DNA of 64,000 bases from Octopus vulgaris (taxonomy: Eukaryota), in NCBI GenBank assembly GCA_951406725.2, contig OX597822.1, positions 3,782,001 to 3,846,000 on the forward strand, in the 5' to 3' direction. Shown here in pieces: positions 13,748 through 25,710 of this stretch. How positions within the stretch are numbered: the first letter of the stretch is position 1; the number at the start of each line of letters is the position of its first letter. The translations under genes were made by a program, and so were the position numbers. The notes under the pieces were generated by a model that was not told where the DNA came from, searched no databases, and was given only the letters and a program-made list of their open reading frames with translations.

Positions 13748-16297
13748 GAACTGGACTCCTTAGAAGAGCAAAAGTGGGAGGGTGTCAAGGTAGAAGATAT
13801 AAGATCTGCTCTCAGGAGGTCAAGCAAATGGAAGTCTCCAGGAAAGGATAAAATAACTTTTGGTTGAATGCCTTCCCAGAGAGCCATGAACTGCTAACAG
13901 AACTTTACAATGATGTTCTGCAACACCCTAGTAGGATGCCTCCTTGGCTAGTTAATGGGTTAACATTCCTGCTTCCAAAAAGTGAAGAAACAAATGAACC
14001 CAAAAACTATAGACCCATAACCTGCTTAACAACTATGTATAAAACACTAACATCTGTCCTGACGGAATATACCTATAGTTTTTTGACAGACAGCAGCATA
14101 TTCCCTAATGAACAGAAAGGATGTAAACGTGGATCCTACGGTTGTAAAGATCAACTACTCATCAATAAGATGATCTTAGAAGATTGTCACAAACGACACA
14201 AAAACTTATCAATAGCCTGGATAGACTATAAAAAGGCTTTTGATAGCCTACCACATAGCTGGATTAATAAATGCCTAGAAATGTATAAGATAGCACCTGC
14301 TCTGCGAAACTTTGTGTCTGTAAGTATGAGATCATGGAGAACCACACTAACTTTGAACAGTGACAATGAATCTCTAAATGCTGGTGATGTAAAAATTTCA
14401 CGTGGCATTTTCCAGGGTGACTCACTATCACCGCTCCTCTTCTGTTTAGCCTTAATACCTCTCTCAAAACTGCTCAATGACGCGCAGTACGGATATAAAA
14501 TGTTTGATAAAAATATAAATCATCTCATTTACATGGATGGTTTAAAACTCTTTGCAAAAAATGATCAACAACTCAAGGGCTTACTAGCGATTGTCAAACA
14601 ATTCAGTGATGACATCAGAATGCAATTTGGCCTCGATAAGTGCGCAAAAGCTACCTTTATCAAAGGAAAAATGACAGAAACATCTAACGTTATACTTGAC
14701 CAGCAGAATGTCATAAAAGAATTAGACCCAGCAGAGAACTACAAGTATCTAGGGGTAATTGAAGGAGAAGGAATAAGGCATTCAGAGATGAAGGAAAGGA
14801 TCAGGAGAGAATGCTATCGCAGAGTAAGAGCAATACTCAAGACAGAGCTGAATGCGAGAAACAGGATCGAAGCGATCAATGCATTAGCCATACCAGTCGT
14901 GACTTACAGTTTCAATATCGTTAACTGGTCAATTACTGAAATATGTAATCTTGACAGAAAAATACGAAAACTGTTGACAATGCATGGAATGCACCACCCT
15001 AAGGCAGATACAGAACGACTTTATCTGCCAAGAAAAGAGGGAGGCCGTGGACTTTTACAACTGGCAATAACAATGAAGATTGCTACAATTGGCCTAGACA
15101 CCTACCTGAAAAACTCTGAGGACTGGATGTTAATACTTGTCTCAAAACATGAAAACAAGAAAGCATCATACTCAGTAACAAAACAGGCAAAGGAATATCC
15201 AAGTGAATTCCGAATACAACAAATTTCGGAATTAGAGATAGACATACAAGAAACAAGCACAGAAAAAGCTAAGCGCATGAAAACCCGTGCTAAATCTGCG
15301 GCCTTAGATATTCTGAATGATAAATGGCAAGAAAAACCTCTCAATGGCAAATACCCAAAGAGAGCAAATAATGCAGATGTTGACAAAGCCCTGACCCATC
15401 AATGGCTAATGGCCTCTGGCTTAAAATCTGAAACAGAGTGGTTTATCATAGCAGCTCAAGATCAATGCCTACCAACAAGAAACTACCAGGCCAACATATT
15501 AAAGATCAGAAGCAGTCCAACGTGTCGTGTATGCAAGCAACAAAATGAAACCATTGACCATGTGGTCTCCAAGTGCAGTCTTCTAGCGCCTACAGAGTAT
15601 CTCAACAGGCACGATAGAGCTGCACAATATATTCACTGGGTAATCTGCAAAAACCTGGATTTGCCCCATGAAAAAAACTGGTGGGAACACAAACCACCCC
15701 CAGTGCTTGAAAATGACCACATCTCACTCCTCTGGAACTTCACCATTCAAACTGACAGAAAGATGGATGCAAATAGGCCAGACATCATATTGAAAGACTT
15801 CAAACAAAGAACATGCCTCCTCATTGATATGACTGTCCCAATCGATATAAACGTATCTGTCAAGACCTACCAAAAACTGAGCAAATATAAAGATCTTGAA
15901 ATAGAAATCAGCAAAATGTGGAACCTGAAGACTAAAACAATACCTGTTGTCATAGGTGCCCTGTGAATGATAGCAAAAGGGGCTGATAGCTACCTAACTC
16001 AGATACCAGGAAACCCAAAAATGGCAGAAATTCAAAAGATAGTGCTCATGGGAACTGCTCATATCCTACGCAAAATACTTTCTATGTAATCTCAAGGTTT
16101 AAAACAAACATAATTTTCGGTTTAAAAAAAAAAAAAATTTTTTTTAGACATTCATTAGTACAACACCCCACCCCCCAAATATATGGCACACTAGGTATAA
16201 CAACAACATGAACTTCCAACCCTGTTGCCTCTTGAGGTCTCTGGGTGAGACTTGGAGCCAACTTGTACAAATATAAAGCAAAAGTCAAACATAGAAT
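13746..16297 (+). mobile_element. Dong/R4 family A, longest copy: RT, CCHC zinc knuckle and RLE; 5'-truncated and inactive
   Basis: ORF 13864-15966 has KNYRPITCL, IDYKKAFDS, GIFQGDSLSPLLF, YMDG (14530-14541, for YMDD), YKYLG, CRVC..H....C, RHD and PD..D. There is a frameshift near 13855. TGA at 15964 replaces the GGA seen in sibling copies. The natural stop is at 16087-16089. Confidence 0.95.
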
Positions 16298-16969
16298 AAT
16301 AATAATGATACTTTGCTCAGTATCAAATCATTTTAAAGTTATGTTTAGCTTTATAAATACCAACAGCAATTAAAATAGGCAAAAGTAAAGGAAAATTTTG
16401 ATTTTTTCTAATTGATTCATTTTCATAACGCTACGTCTACCAATTATCAATGTGTTGTAATATATTTAATAAATCAATTATTAACAATACCATAAAAAGT
16501 AATTAAAATATTTGGTATTTGGTTACAATGAAAATAGCTATTTTTCATGCTCGTTTATTAATAGAAGAATCTAGAAAGCGTAAATTGCTAAAGGAAAAAC
16601 AACGAAACGTCATGTATGAAAGCCGCCATTAGAAGAACCATTAAATTGTTTCGAAGTCATTGTTCCGAATATAAATAAGCATAATGCCTGAAATCTGGTG
16701 GTGGAGGGTGTCAGTCGATTATATTGACTGCAGTCTATATCTATATACGTTATTTTACTGGCCGCGAGAGGTAACGAAGACCTCGGCGGTATTTGATCAC
16801 AGAATTATTAATAGTCAGAACAAACACTACAAAGCGCCTTGTCCGCCGCTCTGACGATTCTTCCAATTACCAACTTTAATATAATTGTTCCTGATATAAG
16901 CACAAGACCAGCAGTTTTGAAGGAAAGCTTTGGTCGATACCTTGGACCTCAGTACTTGACTGGTATTTA

Positions 16970-17035
<66 letters not shown>

Positions 17036-17619
17036 GCATACGTACATATATATATAGTTCAAATTGACAGAAAGTAAATTACGAAGACAGGCGTATTAGT
17101 TTGACGCTCGTGAAGAATGGAAAAAGCCTTTTGCCTTTGTTTCGAGCCTACACTCTTCGATAGAAAAGATTAAGACGGAAAAATGGAGAGATAATGAAAA
17201 TAACGGAAAGAGAAAAGTGTGCAGAATTCAACGGTCCAAAAGAGAGAAAGAGAGAGAGGGAGGACAGACAGACAGAAATACATATTTCACTCATAAGGCT
17301 TTGGTTGGCCCAGGGCTATAGTAGAAGACACTTGTCCAATGCGCCAAGCGGTGAGACTGAATCCACGACCGCATAGTTGTGATGATAATGTCTCAATCAC
17401 ACAACCACACTTCCAATTGAAAATTAGCAGAAATTCTTAAAAAAAATTATTGTCAGTTTACAAATCTACAGAAATTTCAATAACAGAAAGATGACTGTGT
17501 TAAAAGAATAGAAGTATACAATTCAAAATAATTATTTAAGCTTTGGGGTACCATGTCACCTAGGTATTAATCGAAGAAACCAGTTTGTGTACAAAAAGAC
17601 TGAATTTAAAAAATATATA

Positions 17620-18055
17620 TTGATTTCAATTTTTGGCACAAAGCCAGCAATTTTGGGGGAGGGGATAAGACGATTATATTGATTCCAATATTCAACTGGT
17701 ACATTTCTTTATCGACTCTGAAAGGAGAAAAAGCAAAATCGACTGCGGCGGAACTTGAACACAGAACGTGAAGACGGACGAAATGCCGCTAAGCATTTTG
17801 CCCGGTGTGCTAACGCTTCTGCCAGCTCATCACCTTACGTTTGTATTACATTTTGGTTTCAAATTTTGGTATAAGGCTAGCAGTTTGGGGTGTCGGGTAG
17901 AATAGGGGCGAAGTCGATTACATCGATCCCAGTTTTTCAAGGTACTTATTTTATCGACCCCCAAACGATGAAAAGTCAAGTTGACCGCTGCAGCATTCGA
18001 ACTCAGAGCGGAAGAACGGACGAAATGCCGCTAAATATTTATCCCGGTTCGTCGC
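17620..18055 (-). mobile_element. Two adjacent SINE family 1 copies
   Basis: Two ttttggcacaaagccagcaa...actggtac...gaactcag...gacgaaatgccgctaa units. Confidence 0.8.
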
Positions 18056-18723
18056 CATACGGTTCTATTAATTATTGATTACATTCCATATCAATCTCAA
18101 ATAAAATCACTTAGTTGAAATAGAATCAACAAAGAGTATAAAAGGTATTAGGAAGTGACCAATAGACAAACTATCAAATTTTAATCCTCCATTATCTCAA
18201 CTAGTTTTATCATCTTATGAAACATATTAGTTATTGAATGATACAAATAAACAAAGTTCTTGTTTGTTACGTTTATATTTGTGGGAGATAGATTATTAAA
18301 ATATTTAAGTCAAATTTTAAAAGCTTACCAAATACAATTGATTTTCAAGTGTCTACCAAAACATTAATAAGGTTTTCTATTCATAGACGCAAATAAAAGA
18401 TTCAACAGTAAAACACTTGGCTGTTTATCTTTTCCTTTATTTTCTGTTTATTAAAATATTACTAACAAAGTAATCAATTACAATGTTTTGTCTGTCATAA
18501 AATCTTGCCTATACGAACGTAAAAATTATATAAATGAAATATGGGTCTGTTGTGTAAGTGTGTGTATGTGTTTACGTATGATGCATATATATATATATAT
18601 AAAAAAGTGCTTATATGTATGCATATATATATGTGTGTGTGTATAAATATGCATATGTGTATATATTGTTTTAACTTTTAAAATATATACGCATATACAC
18701 GCGTGCACACACACTCACACATT

Positions 18724-18789
<66 letters not shown>

Positions 18790-18821
18790 TGTATGTATGA
18801 ATGTATATGCATACAAATATT

Positions 18822-19170
18822 GATACATGCTAGGAATATATAAAAGAGAGCACATTCGAAATGAGATGTTTCGAGAAGAGAGGGGAGTGAACGATGTGAT
18901 CGCAGAGTAGCGATGGCACAAGTGCCGCTGGGATGGAGATGTTGCAAGGTTCAAAGACAGCAGGTGGACTCGTGCAATTTCCGAATGGTATCCAAGAGAT
19001 CGGAAAAGGCCACTTGGAAGGTCTCCACGATGATGGGAAGACGAAATAGTCAAGGAATTTGTGTTCAGTTGGAAAAGAATGACGCAGTCAAGACTGAAGC
19101 GGAAGCTCACTGTGATCAGCGGTGTATAACAGCATCTGATGGTCTGGTCGATACTGTGATACTGTTATAA
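18822..19170 (+). mobile_element. RTE-clade LINE 3' fragment
   Basis: Reads RYMLGIYKREHIRNE...KCRWDGDVARFKDSRWTRAISEWYPRDRKRPLGRSPR*WED, with stops. Confidence 0.8.
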
Positions 19171-19547
19171 TGAGTGTCGCCTATCGTTCCGGAAAAAAGA
19201 AGGGATTCGATGTAAGTTGTCTCATCTGTCTTCGACTTTCTGTTTCGCCTAAAAACCGCAGCCGCCCGAAGAACCGACAACACATGTACGTGCGTTATAT
19301 ATCTCAAGCTGCTTCGAATTCATGGTGTGCGTGTGCGCGCGAACGTGTGTGTACGTAACAGAATGGTTCAAAAAGTACTTAGTGACTTTAAAAAGATCTA
19401 TTTACATCTATTTAACCAATTTTACAATTTCATGATTTCTTAAGTAAAGTCGAATGAAAGGACCTGCAGCTCTGGTGCATTTGTCTCGAGTCTGACTGCT
19501 GTTTAAGAATTTGTTTTTACGAGATTATGTCTCGTTAGGAACACTCA

Positions 19548-20229
19548 ATGGCGACGCATCTTAGCTCCACGTCATAATGCTGTCGACAAAATCTCCTGTT
19601 TCCGGGAGAAGAACTGTCTTTCAAATCCATCGACAGTCATTGACCAGGATCAAGCTCTAGTTTTTTCAGTTGAGTTTCTCAAGTCTCTACAGCCATATGG
19701 GACGCCACCACACAACTTAACACCTAAAAAGATGCTTAACACCCAATCATGCTACTCAGGAATCTGGATCCACCTCACCTGTGCTATGGCAGCAATTATC
19801 ACTGGGAGATATAACGGTGAGTATGTCTTCATTCCACGGATCCCATTCATTCCCTCTCACCTAATCTCTCAGTTTAAACGGCTCCAGTCCTGAGTGAAAC
19901 TAAGTTTTGGTACATCGATAAACAAATCTCGAGGATAATCTCTCAAGAGTGTTGGATTTAGCATTGCTTCACTCATGGGCAATTATATGTAGGATATTCG
20001 CGAGCTGGAAATCCCCAAAACCTTTTTATTTGTGCCCCAATTAAAGGACACACTGAAAACATTGTATATTTAGAAATTCTACAAAATTAAACAGTGATTG
20101 ATTTGAGGATTTGTTTTAATAACTGTTTATACTCTCGTCATCTGAAAATATGTCTATTTATCAGAATGTATATATTTATTTCTTTTAAGGTTCTTTGACC
20201 TTCCGAACAACGCCGAGTAATTAGGCTAG
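19548..20229 (+). pseudogene. Helitron 3' fragment: PIF1-like helicase C-terminus and 3' terminus
   Basis: Fragments read ILAPRHNAVDKI, GTPPHNL, PIMLLRNLDP, VFIPRIP, SINKSRG*SL, FTHGQLYVGYSR and TENIVY. Terminal hairpin remnant ccgaacaacgccgag, then CTAG|T at 20226-20230. Confidence 0.85.
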
Positions 20230-20320
20230 TATATATATATATATATATATATATATACCGGAGTAAACACATAAATGTGAAACAAGGTGGAAAAAAGAGT
20301 ACTCAAATACTAGTGGTAGA

Positions 20321-20370
<50 letters not shown>

Positions 20371-20375
20371 ATAAT

Positions 20376-20700
20376 AGTTATCGCCATACTAATATGGCAT
20401 TCTTATAAAAATAAGAAAAAAGCTGTCCGCTTATTAGCTCCATGAGGCCATCGCCTTAAGTTAGCTATTTGATACACAAACTGTATCCATATAACCTTCG
20501 AACAAGGGAGGTCAGTCGCTCCACACGACTTGACCGGCAGCTACAGACGCGTTTCGGGGTATTGCCCCTTTTTAATGCAGCGTAGCCAGCCAGTAGGTGT
20601 CGCTTCCGACAATCTCTGTTCGATGGTTTTATTTACCTAGTTTCGGTGGAATACATCCACTTGTTTTCAATAATAGAAATATTAAAATAACTAAGTCTCT
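20376..20700 (-). repeat. Interspersed repeat with a decayed hammerhead-like motif, probably a Penelope pseudo-LTR
   Basis: The left ~140 bp is shared with 48050-48188. The minus strand reads ctgca-ttaaaaa-gggg caata cccc-gaaa-cgcgtc-tgtag. Confidence 0.55.
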
Positions 20701-20724
20701 CTAAAAGAGAGAACAGATATATAA

Positions 20725-20947
20725 GGCGAGCTGGCAGAAACGTTAGCGCGCCGGACGAAATGCTTAGCTGTATTTCGTCTGTTGTTACGTTCTGAGTTCA
20801 AATTCCGCCAAGGTCGACTTTCCCTTTCATCCTTTCGGGGTCGATAAATAAAGTACCAGTTTAGCACTGGGGTTGATGTAATCGACTTAATCCCTTTGTC
20901 TGTCCTTGTTTGTCCCCTCTATGTTTAGCCCCTTGTGGGTAGTAAAG

Positions 20948-20950
<3 letters not shown>
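20725..20950 (+). mobile_element. SINE family 1, well-preserved copy
   Basis: A box tggcagaaacgttag, B box gagttcaaattcc, central ggtcgactttccctttcatcctttcggggtcgataaataaagtaccag (Nin/Deu-like), tail ccccttgtgggtagtaaagaaa followed by (TA)n. Confidence 0.9.
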
Positions 20951-20993
<43 letters not shown>

Positions 20994-22199
20994 GTGGTGT
21001 ATGAGTGTATAAGCGCGGATATTTGTATTGGCTTTGTATGTACATATATATATGTGTGTGTGTAAGCATGTATATTTGTTTATGTGCGTGTATGTGTGTC
21101 GTTGTGTCTGTGTTTGCCCCCCACCCGCCCACCCCGCTGTCACCGATCATGAACCTGTTTTGGTGTGCTGACGTCCCCGTAACTTAGCGGATCAGCAAAA
21201 CAAACAGATAGAATAAGTACATGGCTTTAATTCGACTAAAAATTCTTCAAGGCTTTGCCCTACCATGACTGTAGTCTAATGACTGAAAAAACAAAAAATA
21301 AATGATTGCTACACACACACACACACACATACACACACACGTGTGTGCATGTGTGGTACATACCAGACGTCTATGCTGACAATCCAGCAAAATAACTCCC
21401 AAATAATATCAAATACTCTTGAGAAGGTCAGTATGACATCAGTGTAGAAATGTTGCAATGTATAGAAGCTGCCATCAACTTTTTATCCGGTCTCCATTGC
21501 ATATTATTGAAAAGTGGACACATTTCAGATAGAAACAGCGCCATTTTTCAATGCTGATGAAAATATTGAATATCTGAATGTCTCAATAGAGCATTTATAT
21601 CAGTAGATATAAATGAGAGCTCTGTGAATAATTGCAAGAAATGCCTCATATTATATGTTAGACAATACCATAACCACAGCTTCAAGTGCACAGGGAATTG
21701 TCGTGTCTTTAGATATTTCACGTTTATTGCTTGACTTAGTAACTGTTAATGGTTGCTTGGTGATTGTATTTTGCTTGCTTTTCTGTTTGTTTCTTTTTTC
21801 AGATATTGTCCTACTGTTTAGATCTTCAAAACAATCAAAGTCTTTAACAGACAAACTTCCTATATATATATATATCATTTTATCTACCATCAGTCGGTAA
21901 TCAATGAGCCGACAATGGTAAGACATTTCCATATCTGCAGACATCAACTTTGTCTGTTGAACATCAACTTTGCAGACATGAAGACTGGAAGATCAAGCTA
22001 AATGTTCCATCAATAACGATGGTGCTGAGTTCCATTCGAGATAGTAATTGTTCAAGTTTTATTCGATTAAACGTTTCTCCGCACTAAAAGCTGACTAAAA
22101 CGTGAATATAGTCTTCTTTGCACAAAGGGTTACATTCGAAAGAATAATACCTTAATGGCATGTCAACTTTGGAAAAATTCCTTGAACCTTATCTCTTCT

Positions 22200-23130
22200 A
22201 CTCAAGTGGAGGTGATCTTAATTGCAGTTTTAGTAATTACGATACATTCTCTAGAGGCGGAAATAATTCTAATAAATCAGGAATTTATGTAGCACTGTAT
22301 TTAATATACCTGTATTTCTCCATTTTGTTCAAATACATACCACTGACCATTCTGATATTTTCCTCTTACCTCATTCTTGTTTAAATTAGGCAAAATGTCT
22401 CGGCCATATTTGCGTTCTACTCTTATTTGTATAAGTCTTAAGTCGTTTGGTTACAGGAAATAAGATCGGGCGATTGTTTGTGGTGATGACGTCACTCGAA
22501 CCGCGATCACGAGTCCACAACTGTCCTCTTGTCTCCGAACAAAGAAGAACTGTCTTTTTCCTTAATCACATGTGATCTTAGGAGAATTAGTGATTCTTGT
22601 GATAATCTTCGCGTCGGAAGTGGAACTTATCCTAATTGCTATTCGGTAAATATGATACAACACATGGAGAGAAGATAATTGTAATGTAATGATAACTTAG
22701 GTTGTATGGTATTTGATATACCTGTATTTGCCTATGTTGTTCAAACACATGGCGCTGACCATCCTGGATTATTTCTTTTAGTTCAGCTGTGTATGTGTGT
22801 ATGTGTGTGTGTCTGTGTGTGCATGCATGTGTGTGTCTGTGTGTGTGTGTGTCTACCGGTATAAATATAAATACAATTGGTGTACTGATGATGGCTATCA
22901 AACCAAAACCACGTGGTCATGGCTGTGTTCTTATCTCCAGACGATAAACCATTCCTTTTCCCTAATTACATGTAATGTTAGGAGATTCTTCTCTTGTCAA
23001 GTGGAGCTGATCTTAATTGCTATTTGGTAATTACGATACAGCCTCTAGCAGCGAAGTTAATTGTAATTTATGTTTTATGGTATTTGCTATGCCTGTATTT
23101 TCTCTATGCTTTATACACGCATTATACATA
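22200..23130 (+). repeat. Ancient ~400-bp tandem repeat (about 2.5 units) with hammerhead-like remnants
   Basis: aagtgga..tgatcttaattgc...gtaattacgatac...tatacctgtattt recurs at about 22204, 22618 and 22999. Confidence 0.7.
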
Positions 23131-23135
23131 ATATA

Positions 23136-23173
<38 letters not shown>

Positions 23174-23892
23174 AAATGCGAAAGCTAATGTCCGTATGTC
23201 ACTGTGTCGCACTTTTTTCAACTTTACTCCTCCGACCCCCTCTCTTACTATTTAATGACACTTCTACTATCCCTCATGCCTTACCCCTCTCTCACTTTTC
23301 AATGACTCTTCTACTATCCTTCATTCTTGGTTTTTTCTTAATCCTAATATTTTGAAAAATATATTTCTCTAAATATTATAACTATTCCCAAAAGTAATTT
23401 TCAAAATAAGCATTTTGCAAAAATCTTGCTTTAAATATTATAACTGTATCAAGTAGTCTAACAATAATAGGTGCTTCATAACGTTCAAACTACAAACAGA
23501 AGTTTAGATACGTACCAGCTACTACAAATAAATTGTTTGTACGAAAAGTAAGGCCCCACCTACATCAAAATTTTCCTTAAATTAAGTGACGGCAGAACAA
23601 TTATCGTTGAACTTTTAAAAGATAAGTTTATTGTAGCCTACCGCCAGCTATATGTTGGTTTTTCAAGGGTAAGGAATGGAAACAAGCTATTTGTACTGAC
23701 CCCGAACGGGAAGGCAAAAAATGATTTTTTATCATGCAGCTTTGCAATAAGTCCCAAGACGACAAATTATATTATTGTTTTGATGCAAATTGTTCATTAC
23801 TTGAAAATATTCAAGTTTAATGAATTTTAATATATACTTAATGCATGAAGGCAGTTTAGAAGCCGCCATACTAGGCGGCTCTTTTCAGCTAG

Positions 23893-23919
<27 letters not shown>

Positions 23920-23923
<4 letters not shown>

Positions 23924-24902
23924 GTTTAAATATTTGTTGTGCAAGATTTTTTATGTGAAGTCGTGTGTTGAAACAGATATTGTTATATTTCGGAATGGTC
24001 ATATTGCCAGTTTAGCCAATAAAAACACACGCACTATATATTTGGTGTTATTTTGCTTCAGTGATATTTATTTTTTACATTAATCTTAATCTTATTTCGG
24101 CCAAAGTTCTTTCGTCACACTCCTGTGGCCGCATCAGTGGTCATGGAACACTATAGAAAGGACAAAAAAGAAAATAGGGAAGGCCAACTCTTGGTATGAT
24201 AGCCATAAATACCAGAGTGTCATGTTCATTGACACCACCCCTGGAGGTGAACTGGCGTACCGCTTTAGAAGGACCCTAGATAAACTTAAACTAAGAATTA
24301 AGGTTGTTGAAAAGCCAGGCAACCCTATCAGATCTATAATTGGTAGAACCTATCCTTTTAGTAGAACTCTCTGTACGGATAACTATTGCACTGTATGTAG
24401 ATTTAGCCCACAAACAAACTGTAAAGCCAGAAATGTGGTCTATAGTATAAGATGTATAGAGGGACGATGCAGTAACAAGACAGTAACATACGTAGGGGAA
24501 ACAGCAAGAAGCATTGGAGAGCGGGTGAATGACATTGGAGACAACTCAAGGAAGGTAAAAGCTCATCGATTCTGTACCAACACGCCGAACAAGAACACGG
24601 GGGATCAATCAATAACATAGAGATTAAGATATTGTCCACACATAGAACAGATGCAACAATTAGACAAATTACAGAAGCTTCACATATAATAGAAAATAAA
24701 CCTAGCCTGAATAGAAAACTAGAATGGAGCAATAGCACACACCACAACATATGACGATAGTGGATCCTGCAAACATAATAAATACACAGATAATTAAAGA
24801 AATAGAAATGAATAACTATATATATGTATGTGTGTATATGTGTGTATATGTGTGTGTGTATATGTGTATATATGTGTGTATATGTGTATATGTATATATG
24901 TA

Positions 24903-24957
<55 letters not shown>

Positions 24958-25484
24958 ATGTATATATATGTATATATATATATATATATATTTTTTTTTT
25001 TTTCGATTATATTTATTATTATTATTACTAATATTGTTGTTATACATACATACAAGCATATGTAATGATAATAATGGGTGGATGTAAACACATGAACAAA
25101 GTTAGAACAAAAGCAACAACAACAAAAACAAAATACAAATTACAAGAATGTATATAACCAGAAGATACAAATATTACAGGCATCCCCCCCACACACACAC
25201 TAAATAAACATAGACGCACATAGAGATATAAGCATGCGCAAATGAAGACATACAATAGAAATACAAAATGGCTGACGGTTAGTAAGGAGAGACACAAGTA
25301 AGTGAGAAGAAAACAAAGGACCACTGATGCGGTCACAGGAGTGTGACGAAAGAACTTTGGCCGAAATAAGATTAAGATTAATGTAAAACATAAATATCAC
25401 TGAAGCAAAATAACACCAAATATATAGTGCGTGTGTTTTTATTGGCTAAACTGGCAATATGACCATTCCGAAATATAACAATAT
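23920..25484 (+). mobile_element. Penelope-like element, 5'-truncated, flanked by inverted pseudo-LTRs
   Basis: 166-bp inverted arms at 23977-24142 and 25319-25484 enclose a GIY-YIG coding remnant. Confidence 0.85.
24144..24754 (+). pseudogene. Penelope-type Cys linker and GIY-YIG endonuclease fragment
   Basis: SVMFIDTTPGGELA...CTDNYCTVC...NVVYSIRC...[14 protein letters not shown], then a frameshift near 24532, then HWRQLK...LYQHAEQEH...RQITEA.HI...[10 protein letters not shown]. Confidence 0.88.
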
Positions 25485-25576
25485 ATATACACGGATATAA
25501 ATCTATATACATATAATCACACCCACTCTTATATATTCATATATACGTGTGTGAAACACAAATGTCGACAGTTTTA

Positions 25577-25626
<50 letters not shown>

Positions 25627-25710
25627 TATAAATCTCTATACATATAATCACACCCACTCTTATATATTCATATATACGTGTGTGAAACAAACACAAATGT
25701 CGACAATTAT
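25485..25710. repeat. Local ~80-bp direct duplication separated by (TA)n
   Basis: gatataaatct.tatacatataatcacacccactcttatatattcatatatacgtgtgtgaaac...aaatgtcgaca occurs twice. Confidence 0.85.

Noticed and set aside
15964-15966. In-frame TGA as selenocysteine or programmed read-through
   Set aside because: Sibling copies have GGA (Gly of GALG) at this position, so it is a simple nonsense mutation.
21360-22140. Complex-looking sequence (also 48270-49200 and 58900-59700) as host exons
   Set aside because: The frames I translated contain multiple stops and no motif I can recognise. They are probably old transposon debris, and a BLASTx search would be needed to tell.
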